Below, piece by piece: positions 19,185-29,342 of a stretch of 64,000 nucleotides of DNA (positions are counted from its first letter, which is position 1; the number at the start of each line of letters is the position of its first letter). The position numbers and the translations under genes were made by a program. This stretch comes from an uncultured delta proteobacterium (GTDB taxonomy: Bacteria > Desulfobacterota > Binatia > UBA9968): positions 1-64,000 of the forward strand of contig CAVSHR010000005.1 in assembly GCA_963727625.1 (NCBI GenBank), in the 5' to 3' direction. The notes under the pieces were generated by a model. That model did not search any database. It worked only from the letters and a program-made list of their open reading frames with translations, and was not told the DNA's origin.

Positions 19185-20345
19185 ATGGATTTCAACCTAA
19201 CCGTCGAGCAGCAGCAGATCCGCGAAGAAATCAAAAAAGTCTGCAAGGAGTTTCCCGACGCCTACTGGCGCGGAATCGACAGCAAAAAAGAATATCCGGA
19301 AAGTTTCGTGCGAAAGCTGTCGGAACTCGGCTGGCTGGCGGCGTTGATCCCCGAACAATACGGCGGCACCGGGCTGGGCATCACCGAGGCCAGCATCATC
19401 CTCGAGGAGGTCAATCACTCCGGCGGCGTCGCCACGGCCTGCCACGCGCAGATGTACACCATGGGCACTTTGCTGCGCCACGGCAATGATGAGCAAAAAA
19501 CCCGCTATTTGCCGAAAATCGCCACCGGTGAACTGCGCCTGCAAGCGTTCGGCGTCACCGAACCCAACGCCGGCTCGGAAAGCACGCGCATCCAGACCAC
19601 CGCCACGCGCAAGGGCGACAAATACCTCATCAACGGCCAGAAGATTTTTATCTCGCGCGTGCTGCAGTCCGACCTCATGCTCTTGCTCGCGCGCACCACG
19701 CCTTACGATGAGCTGAAAGATAAAACCCGAGGCCTCTCGGTGTTCATCGTCGATCTGCGCCAAGCCAAAGGAAAACTGGAAGTTACGCCGCTCGATTTGA
19801 TGATCAACCACCACACCAACGCGCTTTTTTTCGATAATGTTGAAGTACCGGTTGAAAACTTGATCGGCGAAGAAGGCCTGGGTTTCCGTTACATCATCGA
19901 CGGTTGGAATGCCGAACGCATTCTGGTCGCCGCCGAAGCGATCGGTGACGGCCGTTGGTTTGTCGAGCGCGCCTCGAAGTACGCCGGCGAGCGCAACGTC
20001 TTCGGCAGACCCATCGGCGCCAACCAGGGGATACAGTTTCCCATCGCCAAAGCCTACGCCAACATCGAAGCCGCCGACCTGGTGCGTTTCCAGGCGGCGA
20101 CGAAATTCGACCGCAACGAAAAATGCGGCGCCGAGGCGAACCTGGCAAAGTACCTGGCCTCCGAAGCGGCCTGGGAAGCGGCGAATGCCTGCCTCAATAC
20201 CCACGGCGGCTACGGCTTCGCCGCCGAGTATGACGTGGAAAGAAAATTTCGGGAAACCCGTTTGCTCACCATCGCGCCGGTGAGCAACAATTTAGTTCTT
20301 GCCTATTTGGGCCAGCATGTTTTAGGGATGCCAAAATCTTATTGA
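19185..20345 (+). CDS. Acyl-CoA dehydrogenase
   Basis: IPEQYGG.G, TEPNAGS, NGQKIFIS, R..FGRPIG..Q and HGGYGF motifs. Confidence 0.95.
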   Translation: MDFNLTVEQQQIREEIKKVCKEFPDAYWRGIDSKKEYPESFVRKLSELGWLAALIPEQYGGTGLGITEASIILEEVNHSGGVATACHAQMYTMGTLLRHGNDEQKTRYLPKIATGELRLQAFGVTEPNAGSESTRIQTTATRKGDKYLINGQKIFISRVLQSDLMLLLARTTPYDELKDKTRGLSVFIVDLRQAKGKLEVTPLDLMINHHTNALFFDNVEVPVENLIGEEGLGFRYIIDGWNAERILVAAEAIGDGRWFVERASKYAGERNVFGRPIGANQGIQFPIAKAYANIEAADLVRFQAATKFDRNEKCGAEANLAKYLASEAAWEAANACLNTHGGYGFAAEYDVERKFRETRLLTIAPVSNNLVLAYLGQHVLGMPKSY

Positions 20346-20349
20346 TGGT

Positions 20350-20430
20350 TTAGCGTCTTGAGTCGAGCGTTTGGGAGATCGTTCGAGTCCGCCAGCGTGA
20401 GACGCGAGACTCCCGACGCTGGACGCTGGC
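20350..20430. repeat. Degenerate heptamer inverted-repeat element (AGCGT/GACGC units)
   Basis: TTAGCGTCTTGAGTCGAGCGT ... GACGCGAGACTCCCGACGCTGGACGCT. A similar element lies at 39906-39960. Confidence 0.5.
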
Positions 20431-20547
20431 GCTGCCGTCTTGCCTTAGAACCAATCCATGTATTAAGTTAACCCTCCGTGACTTCGTTCGAGGTGCCCGA
20501 GGACTGCGTGGGCGAATTGTCAGCTCGGGGCGACATCACGTTGAGCC

Positions 20548-22035
20548 ATGACAGATTGCAAGCTTTATTCACTTCTTGAAACCGCCGCAAGGAATTGGCC
20601 TGACGATGTCGCCATCGTACGAGGAGCCGAGCGTCTAACTTTTTTCCAGCTTAAAAGAGCCGCGGAACACCTCGCCGCTCAATTTTCACTTGCCTCCATA
20701 AGGGGGGGCGACAAAGTGGGGCTGCTGTGTCCCAATGGACCGGAATATGTAATCGGATCCTTCGCGCTGTTCTTGAGCGACGCCGTGGTGGTTCCGGTGT
20801 TTCCAGGCCTCAAGCGGCTCGAAATCGCGGCGCTCGACGCGGCATTGGGCCTCGACGCGATTTGCTATAGCCCCGAGTTCGAAGACTTGCTACCGCGCGA
20901 ACTTGGTGAAAACGCCATCGCCGTCGACCTCAAGGAAATGGACGCGACGCTCCGGATCGGAAAGTCGGGCAAAGAACCCCTCAAAAACGATGACGGAGCG
21001 AGGCGTTTGCCGGACCCCGCACCGCTCATCCGCTTCACCTCCGGCACGACATCCCTCTCCAAGGGAGTGATCATTCCTCAAGCCGCCATGTCGGAGTATA
21101 CGCGCCGGTTTATTCAAGCCTACGCGATCCAGCGGGGGGATTGCATTCTCGATCTACTCTCCATGGCGCATATTTTTTATCAGATCACCGCGGCCATGAC
21201 CTGCGGCGCGAAGCTAGTCGTTGAAGACGCCACCAAGACCGACGCGGTCGGCGAGATCCTCCGGCGCGAGCGGGTGACCCACATCGAAGCGGCGCCGAGC
21301 TTCTATTCGATGGGCCGGACAACGACGGATTGGCGTGTCGAAGATTTTCGCCAGGTTCGCCACATCACCAGCTGCGGTGCACCGCTCGCGGACCCTGTCG
21401 CCGCCGAGTTTCGCGACCGCTTCAGCCGGGAAATCGTCCAGCGCTATGGCCTGACGGAAACCGGTCCGGTCCTGATCAATACCAACGAGGGCGCGCGCAA
21501 GCGCGGCTCATTGGGCGCTCCGGCTCCCGGCTGCGAGATTCGCTTGAGTTCAAACGGTGCGCAGTCGTCCGGCGATTTCGGTGAAATACAAGTTCGCTGC
21601 CCCGGGCTGTTCGCCGGCTATTTTTCTCCCTGGACCCCGCAAGCAGAAATATTAGACGACGGGTGGTTTTGCACCGGCGACATCGCCCGCAAAGATGCCG
21701 ACGGCTATTACTGGATGACCGGCCGGACCAAGGCGATGATCAACGTCGGCGCTGTCAAGGTTTTTCCGAGCGAGCTCGAAGAGATTCTAGTTTCCCATGA
21801 GGCGATCAAAGAGGCCTATGTTTTCCCGGTCGACGACGCCCGGTTCGGTGAAGTTCCACACGCGAAAGTGATTTTGCAACGGGGCTCGGCGCGGACCGAA
21901 CAGGAGCTGCTGCGTTACGCAAACCGAAAGCTTTCGGTGTTTAAGGCGCTGCGCGGAATCCAGGTCGTCGACCAGATCACCAAGACCCAGACTGGAAAGA
22001 TCAAGCGTTATGAATCTGCTAAAAATAAATCGTGA
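20548..22035 (+). CDS. Class I adenylate-forming enzyme (acyl-AMP/CoA ligase)
   Basis: FTSGTT...KG, YGLTE, TGD, GR.K and TGK motifs. Confidence 0.92.
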   Translation: MTDCKLYSLLETAARNWPDDVAIVRGAERLTFFQLKRAAEHLAAQFSLASIRGGDKVGLLCPNGPEYVIGSFALFLSDAVVVPVFPGLKRLEIAALDAALGLDAICYSPEFEDLLPRELGENAIAVDLKEMDATLRIGKSGKEPLKNDDGARRLPDPAPLIRFTSGTTSLSKGVIIPQAAMSEYTRRFIQAYAIQRGDCILDLLSMAHIFYQITAAMTCGAKLVVEDATKTDAVGEILRRERVTHIEAAPSFYSMGRTTTDWRVEDFRQVRHITSCGAPLADPVAAEFRDRFSREIVQRYGLTETGPVLINTNEGARKRGSLGAPAPGCEIRLSSNGAQSSGDFGEIQVRCPGLFAGYFSPWTPQAEILDDGWFCTGDIARKDADGYYWMTGRTKAMINVGAVKVFPSELEEILVSHEAIKEAYVFPVDDARFGEVPHAKVILQRGSARTEQELLRYANRKLSVFKALRGIQVVDQITKTQTGKIKRYESAKNKS

Positions 22036-22291
22036 AACGGCAAGGTTGGAGGAGCAGGTCGTGCAAACCATCGAGCGGGTCCTCGGCCAGGAATTTGACC
22101 CGCGGCAACGCCGTTTGGAGTTAAGTTCTTTGAAGATGCTGGAGCTGATCGTTGCGCTGGAGGACGAATTCAGCGTTCATATCTCCGAAGACGCGCCCCT
22201 CGTCCGGATCACGTCGTCGGTAACATCGATTGTAAAATACCTTCGTTCAGTGCTGCCTGAACGGGCATCGGATCCGACCGGGGCGAAGTGA
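22010..22291 (+). CDS. Acyl carrier protein
   Basis: LSSLKMLELIVALEDEF with a phosphopantetheinylation-type Ser; overlaps the ligase stop. Confidence 0.8.
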   Translation: MNLLKINRETARLEEQVVQTIERVLGQEFDPRQRRLELSSLKMLELIVALEDEFSVHISEDAPLVRITSSVTSIVKYLRSVLPERASDPTGAK

Positions 22292-23126
22292 TTCGCACCT
22301 GTTCGCCGAAATGCTCACGGGCCATCGCGGCCAGGCGGCTCTGGTTGCGGACTTCCAACAGCCGACCGAGAAATCGTTTTTTCGCCAGGAATATGGCGAT
22401 GGCATGGGCATCGCACGGATATCCGAGCGTCGTTACCGACGGCAGCGGTGCAAGCCTCCGGGCGAACAAGGTGTCCACTCGGTGACCGCTGCCGTAGTGA
22501 ACAAAGTAACGGGTCTTCCCGTTCCACCGTCCCAGCATCGGCACCAGATCGAGCATCTCAGTGCTCACGCGCTTGGAGATCGACATACGCCAGCGATTGT
22601 ACGGATGACGCGCGTTACGAATACCGTCACGATCCACGGCGATCTTGGTCTGCGGGCTGAACGCATGAACCAAGTCGACCTTAAGATGATGACCGGCAAT
22701 GAGCGCGGCATAGCCGCCCGACGACACGCCCAGCGAAATAATTTTCTTCGGTTTCAAGCGCGCGATTTCCCGCTCCAGATAGGCGAGCAGGCTCGGCCAA
22801 TCCCGGCGCTTGCGGTCCACCCCGTAGTGGTAAAACATATAATGCTTATCGCGCAGCAGTATGCGGGCGCATCCGAGCGTCTTGGTGGTCTCGAAGAACT
22901 GATAGACCGGGACATCGAGTGTTTGCGAGCCGCCGGCAAAGGCAATGATGAGGGTGCTGCTGTCTGAACCCGGTTCGGACAAAATCGGCAGGAACGCGTG
23001 TTTATTCTTATCCATGCCGATCCATCGGTGCATCGACATCAGGCCAAGGCGATCGCAACAAGCGACCAATTGCGCCAACCGGGGTCTGGTCCTTTTCCAT
23101 CTCATGAAGGCCTCGACGTTTATCAT
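22209..23126 (-). CDS. Alpha/beta-hydrolase-fold protein
   Basis: GVSSGGY nucleophile elbow, AFSPQT, and later Asp/His candidates. Start uncertain. Confidence 0.7.
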   Translation of the reverse strand: MINVEAFMRWKRTRPRLAQLVACCDRLGLMSMHRWIGMDKNKHAFLPILSEPGSDSSTLIIAFAGGSQTLDVPVYQFFETTKTLGCARILLRDKHYMFYHYGVDRKRRDWPSLLAYLEREIARLKPKKIISLGVSSGGYAALIAGHHLKVDLVHAFSPQTKIAVDRDGIRNARHPYNRWRMSISKRVSTEMLDLVPMLGRWNGKTRYFVHYGSGHRVDTLFARRLAPLPSVTTLGYPCDAHAIAIFLAKKRFLGRLLEVRNQSRLAAMAREHFGEQVRITSPRSDPMPVQAALNEGILQSMLPTT

Positions 23127-23285
23127 GCGGGTTGATGTGACGCAAGAAAGACTCGCGCCACCGCGGTCCAACACCGCCGACCAATGCAGCGGCGAATTGC
23201 CAGCCAAAATCTAGCAAGCCAAGCGTTCGGCACCAAGACGATTCGCTTCGCAGCGCGGCTTGCGCCCGCAAATTGCGATGAATTC

Positions 23286-24494
23286 CTAGACCGCGGAAGG
23301 CGGGTGCAGGGAAGCCCTCTCCCGCTGCAAGTGCCTGATCAGCCACATGCCGAGAAAAAATAGCGCCGTGGAGCCCGCCGAGCCAATGACGAAGACACTG
23401 GCGATACCGCCCGCGTGGGCGATCAATCCGCCGATCGACGGCCCGAGAATGTTGCCCAGATCACCGGCCGCGTTGTAAACCCCCGAAGCCAGGCCGCGGC
23501 GCACGCGGTTTTCCGGAACGTCCTGCACCAATCCCACCGCATTGGCGACGATGACGATGGCACGCAACAAGCCGGAACAGACGTAGACGAAGAGGATTGC
23601 GCCGAAGCCGGTAAATAACGGGATTAACATCAAGATCCCCGATTGCAGCGGCAGTCCGAAGTAGGATAGCCCGCGATGGCCGAATTTGTTTACCACATGG
23701 CCGCTGATCGGCCGGGTCACAGCGTTACAGCCGGCATAGGCGGCGCGAACGATGCCGATCTGGGTGAGGCTCATGCCGACCCCAAGGCCGTAAAGGGAAA
23801 TAAACACGCCGCCCATCTGGTGCAGCAGATTGAGAAACAGCGCAACGATAACCACGGTGGCGAGCTCGGGCTCCAAAAGCGCTTTGAGCGATTCCCCTGG
23901 CGTCAATTTTACGATGGGCTTGCCCTTCGCTCCTCCTTCGCTTGCGCCCCCCGGTCCGCGCAATAACCACACCAGACTCACGGACACCAAGGACAGAAAC
24001 GCGCCTAGCTGAAACGTCAACGCATAACCCCAATGGTCGGCGATCAACCCGCCGAAAAAATTTCCCGTCGAATAGCCGATCGCCAAGCTGCCGACGTAGT
24101 AACCCATCGCGTGATTGCGGTTTTCGTCCGGCGCCAAGGAGTCGATGTAAAACGCCATATACAGGGTGGTCACCGCGCCGTAGGCGAACCCGTTGAGCCC
24201 TTGCACGATCGCGAAAGTCACGCTGTCGGTGGCAAAGCTGTAGAGAAAATTGGTCGCGCCCATGGCGAGGATGGCGATCGATACCAGCAGGCGCGCGCGC
24301 CCGTGCGTATAAGCCATGCCCATCGGCAGGCGCGATGTCAGCGCCAACATCGGCCCCAGCGAAATCAACGAGCCGATCAGCGCCACAGGCACGTGCAAAT
24401 GATCCAGGTAAGGCGGGATCAACGTCGAAGCGGAGTTGCTCTGAATCGTCACCGCGACAATCGGCACCAGAAGCTTAACCGTGGTGAATTTCAT
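23286..24494 (-). CDS. MFS transporter
   Basis: About 12 hydrophobic segments; GG.IADHWG. ATG at 24494. Confidence 0.88.
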   Translation of the reverse strand: MKFTTVKLLVPIVAVTIQSNSASTLIPPYLDHLHVPVALIGSLISLGPMLALTSRLPMGMAYTHGRARLLVSIAILAMGATNFLYSFATDSVTFAIVQGLNGFAYGAVTTLYMAFYIDSLAPDENRNHAMGYYVGSLAIGYSTGNFFGGLIADHWGYALTFQLGAFLSLVSVSLVWLLRGPGGASEGGAKGKPIVKLTPGESLKALLEPELATVVIVALFLNLLHQMGGVFISLYGLGVGMSLTQIGIVRAAYAGCNAVTRPISGHVVNKFGHRGLSYFGLPLQSGILMLIPLFTGFGAILFVYVCSGLLRAIVIVANAVGLVQDVPENRVRRGLASGVYNAAGDLGNILGPSIGGLIAHAGGIASVFVIGSAGSTALFFLGMWLIRHLQRERASLHPPSAV

Positions 24495-24610
24495 ATCCCA
24501 CCAGTTATTATCGAAATCGGCAGGCGGTTCAACCGGAGCCGGTGAAGGATCGCGCCAAAGATTCGAGTTTACTCGCCAAGCGGAGCCGCGTGACTTAGGA
24601 AAAACCCGAG

Positions 24611-24638
24611 TGTCATTTCGAGCGCAGCGAGAAATCTT
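24611..24638. repeat. REP-like palindromic unit
   Basis: TGTCATTTCGAGCGCAGCGAGAAATCT; related to the units at 39800-39879. Confidence 0.55.
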
Positions 24639-24746
24639 TTTCTTTTTAACCGAAATCTTGTGAGAGATTCTGTCGGGCGATCCTCTCGATAGGTTAGACA
24701 TTTGCCGTGCCATGGGGTAATGAAACGGCGGAGGGGATTTTTGCTC

Positions 24747-25631
24747 ATGAATTTGATTCGCTCATGGATGTTCGTGCCGGGCCACCGGCAAAGAATGATC
24801 GACAAAGCGCTCGGCCTCGACGCCGACGCCATCATGTTGGATATCGAAGACGGCGTGGCACCCAACGAGAAAGACGCCGCGCGCAAAAATATCGCCGAGT
24901 CGCTCGGCCGCGACAAGGCGCCCGGCACGCCGGCGCGCTACGTGCGCATCAACGCCATCGGTCATGCCCGCATGGATGCCGACCTCGAAGCCGTAGTGCG
25001 ACCCGGATTGGATGGCTTGGTGTGCCCAAAAGTCGACACGCCGGAGGAAGTTCGCAAGGTCGACGCAATCCTCAAGGACAAGGAGCCGAAAAACGGCATC
25101 GCCAAGGGCAGTGTCAGGCTGTTGATTGCCGTTGAAAGTCCGAAAGGGCTGCTGAACGCGCCGGCGATCGCGACCGCTTCCTCGCGAATCGTCGGCATCA
25201 TCTTCGGCGCCGAAGATTTCGGCCGGGAAATCGGTTTACCGACGGTGCGCGAAGGCGAAGCCCGCGATCTGATCTACGCCCGCTCGGCGATCGTCGTCGC
25301 CGCCGCGTCCGCCCATGTGCAACCGGTGGATGGTGTGTGGGTCGATTTGAACGACGGCCAGGGGCTTTTGAACTTTGCCAAACAGTCGCGCCAGTTAGGC
25401 TTCTCCGGCATGTCCTGCATCCATCCGTCGCAAGTCGACGCCATCAACAAGACTTTTAGCCCGACCACGGAAGAAATCGAGTATTGCCAAAAGGTCTTGC
25501 AGGCCTTCGAGGAAGCCAACGCCCGCGGCGACGGCTCCATCGCTTTCGGCGGCCAGTTGATCGACCGGCCGATCATCGAGCGCGCGCGCCGCACCATCGA
25601 CATGGCGAAGTCCCTGGGCATGATCCGGTAA
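24747..25631 (+). CDS. CitE-like CoA-ester lyase (HpcH/HpaI aldolase/citrate lyase family)
   Basis: RSWMFVPG, DIEDGV, VRIN, PKVD, FGAED and IHPSQV motifs. Confidence 0.93.
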   Translation: MNLIRSWMFVPGHRQRMIDKALGLDADAIMLDIEDGVAPNEKDAARKNIAESLGRDKAPGTPARYVRINAIGHARMDADLEAVVRPGLDGLVCPKVDTPEEVRKVDAILKDKEPKNGIAKGSVRLLIAVESPKGLLNAPAIATASSRIVGIIFGAEDFGREIGLPTVREGEARDLIYARSAIVVAAASAHVQPVDGVWVDLNDGQGLLNFAKQSRQLGFSGMSCIHPSQVDAINKTFSPTTEEIEYCQKVLQAFEEANARGDGSIAFGGQLIDRPIIERARRTIDMAKSLGMIR

Positions 25632-25639
25632 CGATCGAC

Positions 25640-26584
25640 AAATCCACAAAGAAGATTCTATACGCGGGCGCCAAAACCGGAGGCAAGATCACCTGGTATA
25701 CCTCTCTTGCCGGCGCTTCTTATAAGCAATTGGCCGCGGCCTTCGAAGCCAAATATCCGGGTGTCAAGGTCGAGTCCTATCGCGCCACGCGCCAGGAGAT
25801 GAGCGCGCGCATCCTGGCCGAGGCGCAAGCGCAGCGCTATATCGCCGACACCCTCGAAACCACCATCCCGCTATTGAAGCTCTTGAAAGAAAACAGCATG
25901 CTGGTCCCCTACTAATTCCCGACCCGGGCGAAATATCCGGACCCTATCAAAGAGAACGCCCCCAAGGGTCCGGTCTTCTGGGCCATCGACCGCGAATCCC
26001 ATATCGGTCTTGCCTACAACAAGAATTCCATTCCCGCCAAGCTCACGCCGCAAAATTACCAAGGCCCACTCCGTCCCGAGCTCAAGGATAAAATTGCCTT
26101 CGCCGGCAGCGATACCGGAGTTACGGTTGTCGGTGCCCTGCTCAAATTCAAGGGCGAAGAATTCGTCAAGAAACTTAAAATGCAAAAACCGGCGGTTCAC
26201 AATGTCTCAGGTCGCGCGCTGCTCGATGGGGTGATTTCCGGAGAGGTCGGCGTCTCGCCCGGCGCCTTTCGCAATCACGTCGAAGTCTCGTTGAAAGTCG
26301 GCGCGCCCATCGGATGGGTGCCGATGGACGTCGTGCCTACCAACTCAGGCTCCACCGCGGTATCGCTTAAAGCGCCTCATCCGCATGCGGCCTTGTTATT
26401 AGCCGATTTCATTCTCGGCGCCGGCGGGCAGAAAGTCCTCGAGCAATATGAATACGGGAATCCGACCAAAGACTACGGTTTCAAGCGCTGGTACCCCGAG
26501 CATGGGCTGGCGGCGGAACAGATCGACAAGCTCGAAGGCATGTGGCGCTCCACGCTGCGCGACTTGACCAAGCGATCGTTTTAA
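25640..26584 (+). pseudogene. ABC substrate-binding protein (Fe3+/SBP_bac_6-like), N-terminally truncated with an in-frame stop
   Basis: GKITWYTS...FEAKYPGVKV, then TAA at 25913-25915; the same frame continues to APHPHAALL. No signal peptide or start codon. Confidence 0.8.
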
Positions 26585-26616
26585 TTTTCTTAATCGGTCC
26601 TCCCGCCAACCTTTAT

Positions 26617-26655
26617 AAACCAGAGCGCCGATACTTCGGCGCTCTGGTTTTTTTT
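26617..26655 (+). terminator. Rho-independent terminator
   Basis: AAACCAGAGCGCCGA-TACT-TCGGCGCTCTGG followed by a T8 run. Confidence 0.85.
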
Positions 26656-26703
26656 GCGCCGCGGGATATAAGATGAGGGAAATTCTTCACCCACGAGGTT
26701 TAA

Positions 26704-28173
26704 ATGAACACCGGCTCCTATGTGAACGGCAAATGGTTTCATCCCCAATCCGCTCGTCTGGTGCGCAACCTCAATCCCGCCGACCCCGACGATGTGATCG
26801 CGGAGTTCCCGAGCGCGACGGTCGAGGATGTACAACGCGCCATAGACTCCGCCCAGTCGGCGTTTCGTGCCTGGAAGAAAACTCCCGGCCCGGAACGCGG
26901 TCGGGTCCTCTGGCGCGCCGCCGACATCTCCCGCCAACGCGCCGATGAAATTGCCCGCGCGCTCACGCGCGAGGAGGGCAAAATCCTCAAGGAAGCCAAA
27001 GGCGAGGTCATGAAAGGCATCTCCCTCTTGGAGTTTTATGCCGGCGAGGGCTTCCGCATGCACGGCAAGACGTTGCCCTCGGAAGCGCGCGATACCTTCA
27101 CTTACACAGCGCGCCAACCTCTCGGCGTCGTCGGCCTGATCGCGCCGTGGAATTTCCCCTGGGCGATCCCGGTGTGGAAGTCCGCGCCGGCTCTGGTCGC
27201 GGGCAATTGCGTCATTTTCAAACCAGCGGAATTAACTCCCGCGACGGCGAGCTTGCTCACGGAAATATACCAAGAAGCCGGTCTGCCTCCCGGCGTGTTC
27301 AACATGCTGGTCGGCTCCGGTTCCGTCGTCGGTGAAGCGATGGTTCATTCGCCGGTGCTAAGAGCCATTTCTTTTACGGGCTCGAACGAAGTCGGCGGGG
27401 CGCTTTACGCCAAGGCCGCGCGGCGCGGCGCCAAAGTCACGTGCGAGATGGGCGGGAAAAACGCCGTCATCGTCATGGCCGACGCCGACCTCGACAAAGC
27501 CGCCGTCGCGATCCACGGCGGCGCCTTTGGCTCTACCGGCCAGCGCTGCACGGCGACTTCGCGCGTGATCGCATCGCCGTCGGTTCAAGACGCGCTGATC
27601 GACCGGCTCGTCGAAGCGGCAACGAAAATTAAAATTGGCGCCGGCCTCGATGACACCGTCGATATGGGACCCGCGGTGGATGAAAAACAATGGAAGACCG
27701 ACTTGAACTACATCAATATCGGCCGGCAAGAAGGCGCCCGTCTGATTCTCGGCGGCAACAAGCCGGATCATCTCGCCAAAGGTTACTTCGTCGAACCGAC
27801 CATTTTCGCCGACGTCGCGCCGACCATGCGGATTTTCAAGGAAGAGATTTTTGGCCCGGTGCTCTCGGTGACCACCGCTAAGAATCTCGACGAAGCCCTT
27901 ACCTACGCCAATGGCGTAGAATATGGCCTGACGACGTCCATTTTCACCGAAAACATCGATACGATCATGCGCTTCGTCGATGAGGTCGAAACCGGCATGG
28001 TCCACGTCAACGAACCGACCATTGGCGGCGAAGCTCAGCTCCCCTTCGGAGGGACCAAGGCCACCGGCGTGGGCGAGCGCGAAATGGCGGAAGAGGGTTT
28101 GAACTTTTTTACCGAATTGAAAACCGTGTTCATCAACTACTCGGGCAAAGCCGAGCGCTTGATGATCCGGTAG
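26704..28173 (+). CDS. Aldehyde dehydrogenase (alpha-ketoglutarate-semialdehyde-DH-like)
   Basis: PWNFP, FTGS, EMGGKN, GQRCT and EEIFGPV motifs. Confidence 0.95.
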   Translation: MNTGSYVNGKWFHPQSARLVRNLNPADPDDVIAEFPSATVEDVQRAIDSAQSAFRAWKKTPGPERGRVLWRAADISRQRADEIARALTREEGKILKEAKGEVMKGISLLEFYAGEGFRMHGKTLPSEARDTFTYTARQPLGVVGLIAPWNFPWAIPVWKSAPALVAGNCVIFKPAELTPATASLLTEIYQEAGLPPGVFNMLVGSGSVVGEAMVHSPVLRAISFTGSNEVGGALYAKAARRGAKVTCEMGGKNAVIVMADADLDKAAVAIHGGAFGSTGQRCTATSRVIASPSVQDALIDRLVEAATKIKIGAGLDDTVDMGPAVDEKQWKTDLNYINIGRQEGARLILGGNKPDHLAKGYFVEPTIFADVAPTMRIFKEEIFGPVLSVTTAKNLDEALTYANGVEYGLTTSIFTENIDTIMRFVDEVETGMVHVNEPTIGGEAQLPFGGTKATGVGEREMAEEGLNFFTELKTVFINYSGKAERLMIR

Positions 28174-28191
28174 CGCGCCGAGCGGCGTGCC

Positions 28192-28263
28192 GTTCAACGT
28201 TCAAAGGCTCCAAGTTCAATTTCGGAATCCGGGCTTGAACTTTTGAACCTTGAGCCCTTGAAC
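28192..28263. repeat. GTTCAA/TTGAAC short tandem inverted repeat between convergent genes
   Basis: GTTCAA copies face TTGAAC copies. A further TTGAAC run lies at 28684-28712. Confidence 0.7.
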
Positions 28264-28266
28264 GAA

Positions 28267-28650
28267 TTATTGATCGACCGGTGCCGCGCCCTGCCAGTGG
28301 CCCACGTCGATGATGATCTCTTCCGGGCCGACAAACTTGTCTTCATAGTAGGCCGTGCCCAAGTTGATCGCTCCGGCTTTTTTGGCGCCGGCAGCTTCGA
28401 GCATGCGGAATTGCTCTTGATCGTTCTCCGCGGTAAAGCCGATGTGGTCGATTCCCGCTTGCTTGGTCGGTTGCCCGTCCGGCGTCCCTGCGCGCAGCGG
28501 TAAGACCGTGATATTAACCGAGCCGTCGCTTAGATCGATCGCGTTGTTCTTGCGCTTTTGAATCAGCTTCATGCCCATGGCATCGACGAAAAACTTCGCC
28601 ATCGAATCCACGTCCGTCGCGCGATAAGCGATATGCCGGATCTTAGCCAT
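28267..28650 (-). CDS. VOC/glyoxalase family protein
   Basis: IRHIA, GIDHIGF and GPE motifs. Confidence 0.88.
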   Translation of the reverse strand: MAKIRHIAYRATDVDSMAKFFVDAMGMKLIQKRKNNAIDLSDGSVNITVLPLRAGTPDGQPTKQAGIDHIGFTAENDQEQFRMLEAAGAKKAGAINLGTAYYEDKFVGPEEIIIDVGHWQGAAPVDQ

Positions 28651-28731
28651 TGCTTTTCTCCTCTCCATTCATCGGCGCCCGCCTTGAACTTTTGAACCCT
28701 TGGACCTTGAACCGCGCATTTAGACGCGCGC

Positions 28732-29235
28732 TTATCCTCCGTAAAAAACTTTATCGCCCAGATCGCGCATCGCCAGGACGGCGTCGTCCGGACGGCCCGC
28801 CGGCTGAACCGTGACGCCGGCATCTTTCACTTCGCCGATGAAGATTGAGTGATCGCCCTTCTCTATGGTCTCGAGGAGCTGGCACTCGACGAACGCCGGT
28901 GCCTTTTCCAAGATCGGCGCCCCGAGACTGCCCTTGCGAAACGGCTCGCCGCCTATCGAGTTGCCCTCGCGCTCGAGCGGCTTGAAGAAAGTAAATGCCT
29001 GGTTTTTCTGATCCTTACCGAGAATATTGAGCGCAAAGGTTTTGCTCTCCTTGATGATCGCATGGGCACCCGAATCGGCCTTCACGCCGACCACCACCAG
29101 AGGCGGCTGAAACGCCGTCTGAGTCACCCAATTGACCGTCGACGCGGCCACCTTGCCGTCCTTGCTCTCGGCGGTGAGAACATAGATCCCGTAGGGAATC
29201 ATTCGCAATGCGGTTTTCTTTGCATCGGCATCCAT
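28732..29235 (-). CDS. Flavin reductase-like FMN-binding protein
   Basis: YGIYVLT, PPLVVV, G.PIL and GDHSIFIGEV motifs. Confidence 0.92.
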   Translation of the reverse strand: MDADAKKTALRMIPYGIYVLTAESKDGKVAASTVNWVTQTAFQPPLVVVGVKADSGAHAIIKESKTFALNILGKDQKNQAFTFFKPLEREGNSIGGEPFRKGSLGAPILEKAPAFVECQLLETIEKGDHSIFIGEVKDAGVTVQPAGRPDDAVLAMRDLGDKVFYGG

Positions 29236-29342
29236 AATCGATATTCCTTTCGAATTGTATTGCGGTTCACGCCAGACGCCGCTGACGGATGGCCGATTCT
29301 ATGGAACCGCGAGCGAATCTGCAAGCCCGGCGCGATCGCGAA

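Noticed and set aside
23286-24713. 73-aa N-terminal extension of the MFS protein
   Set aside because: It runs through a REP-like intergenic element. The hydrophobic MFS sequence starts at ATG 24494.
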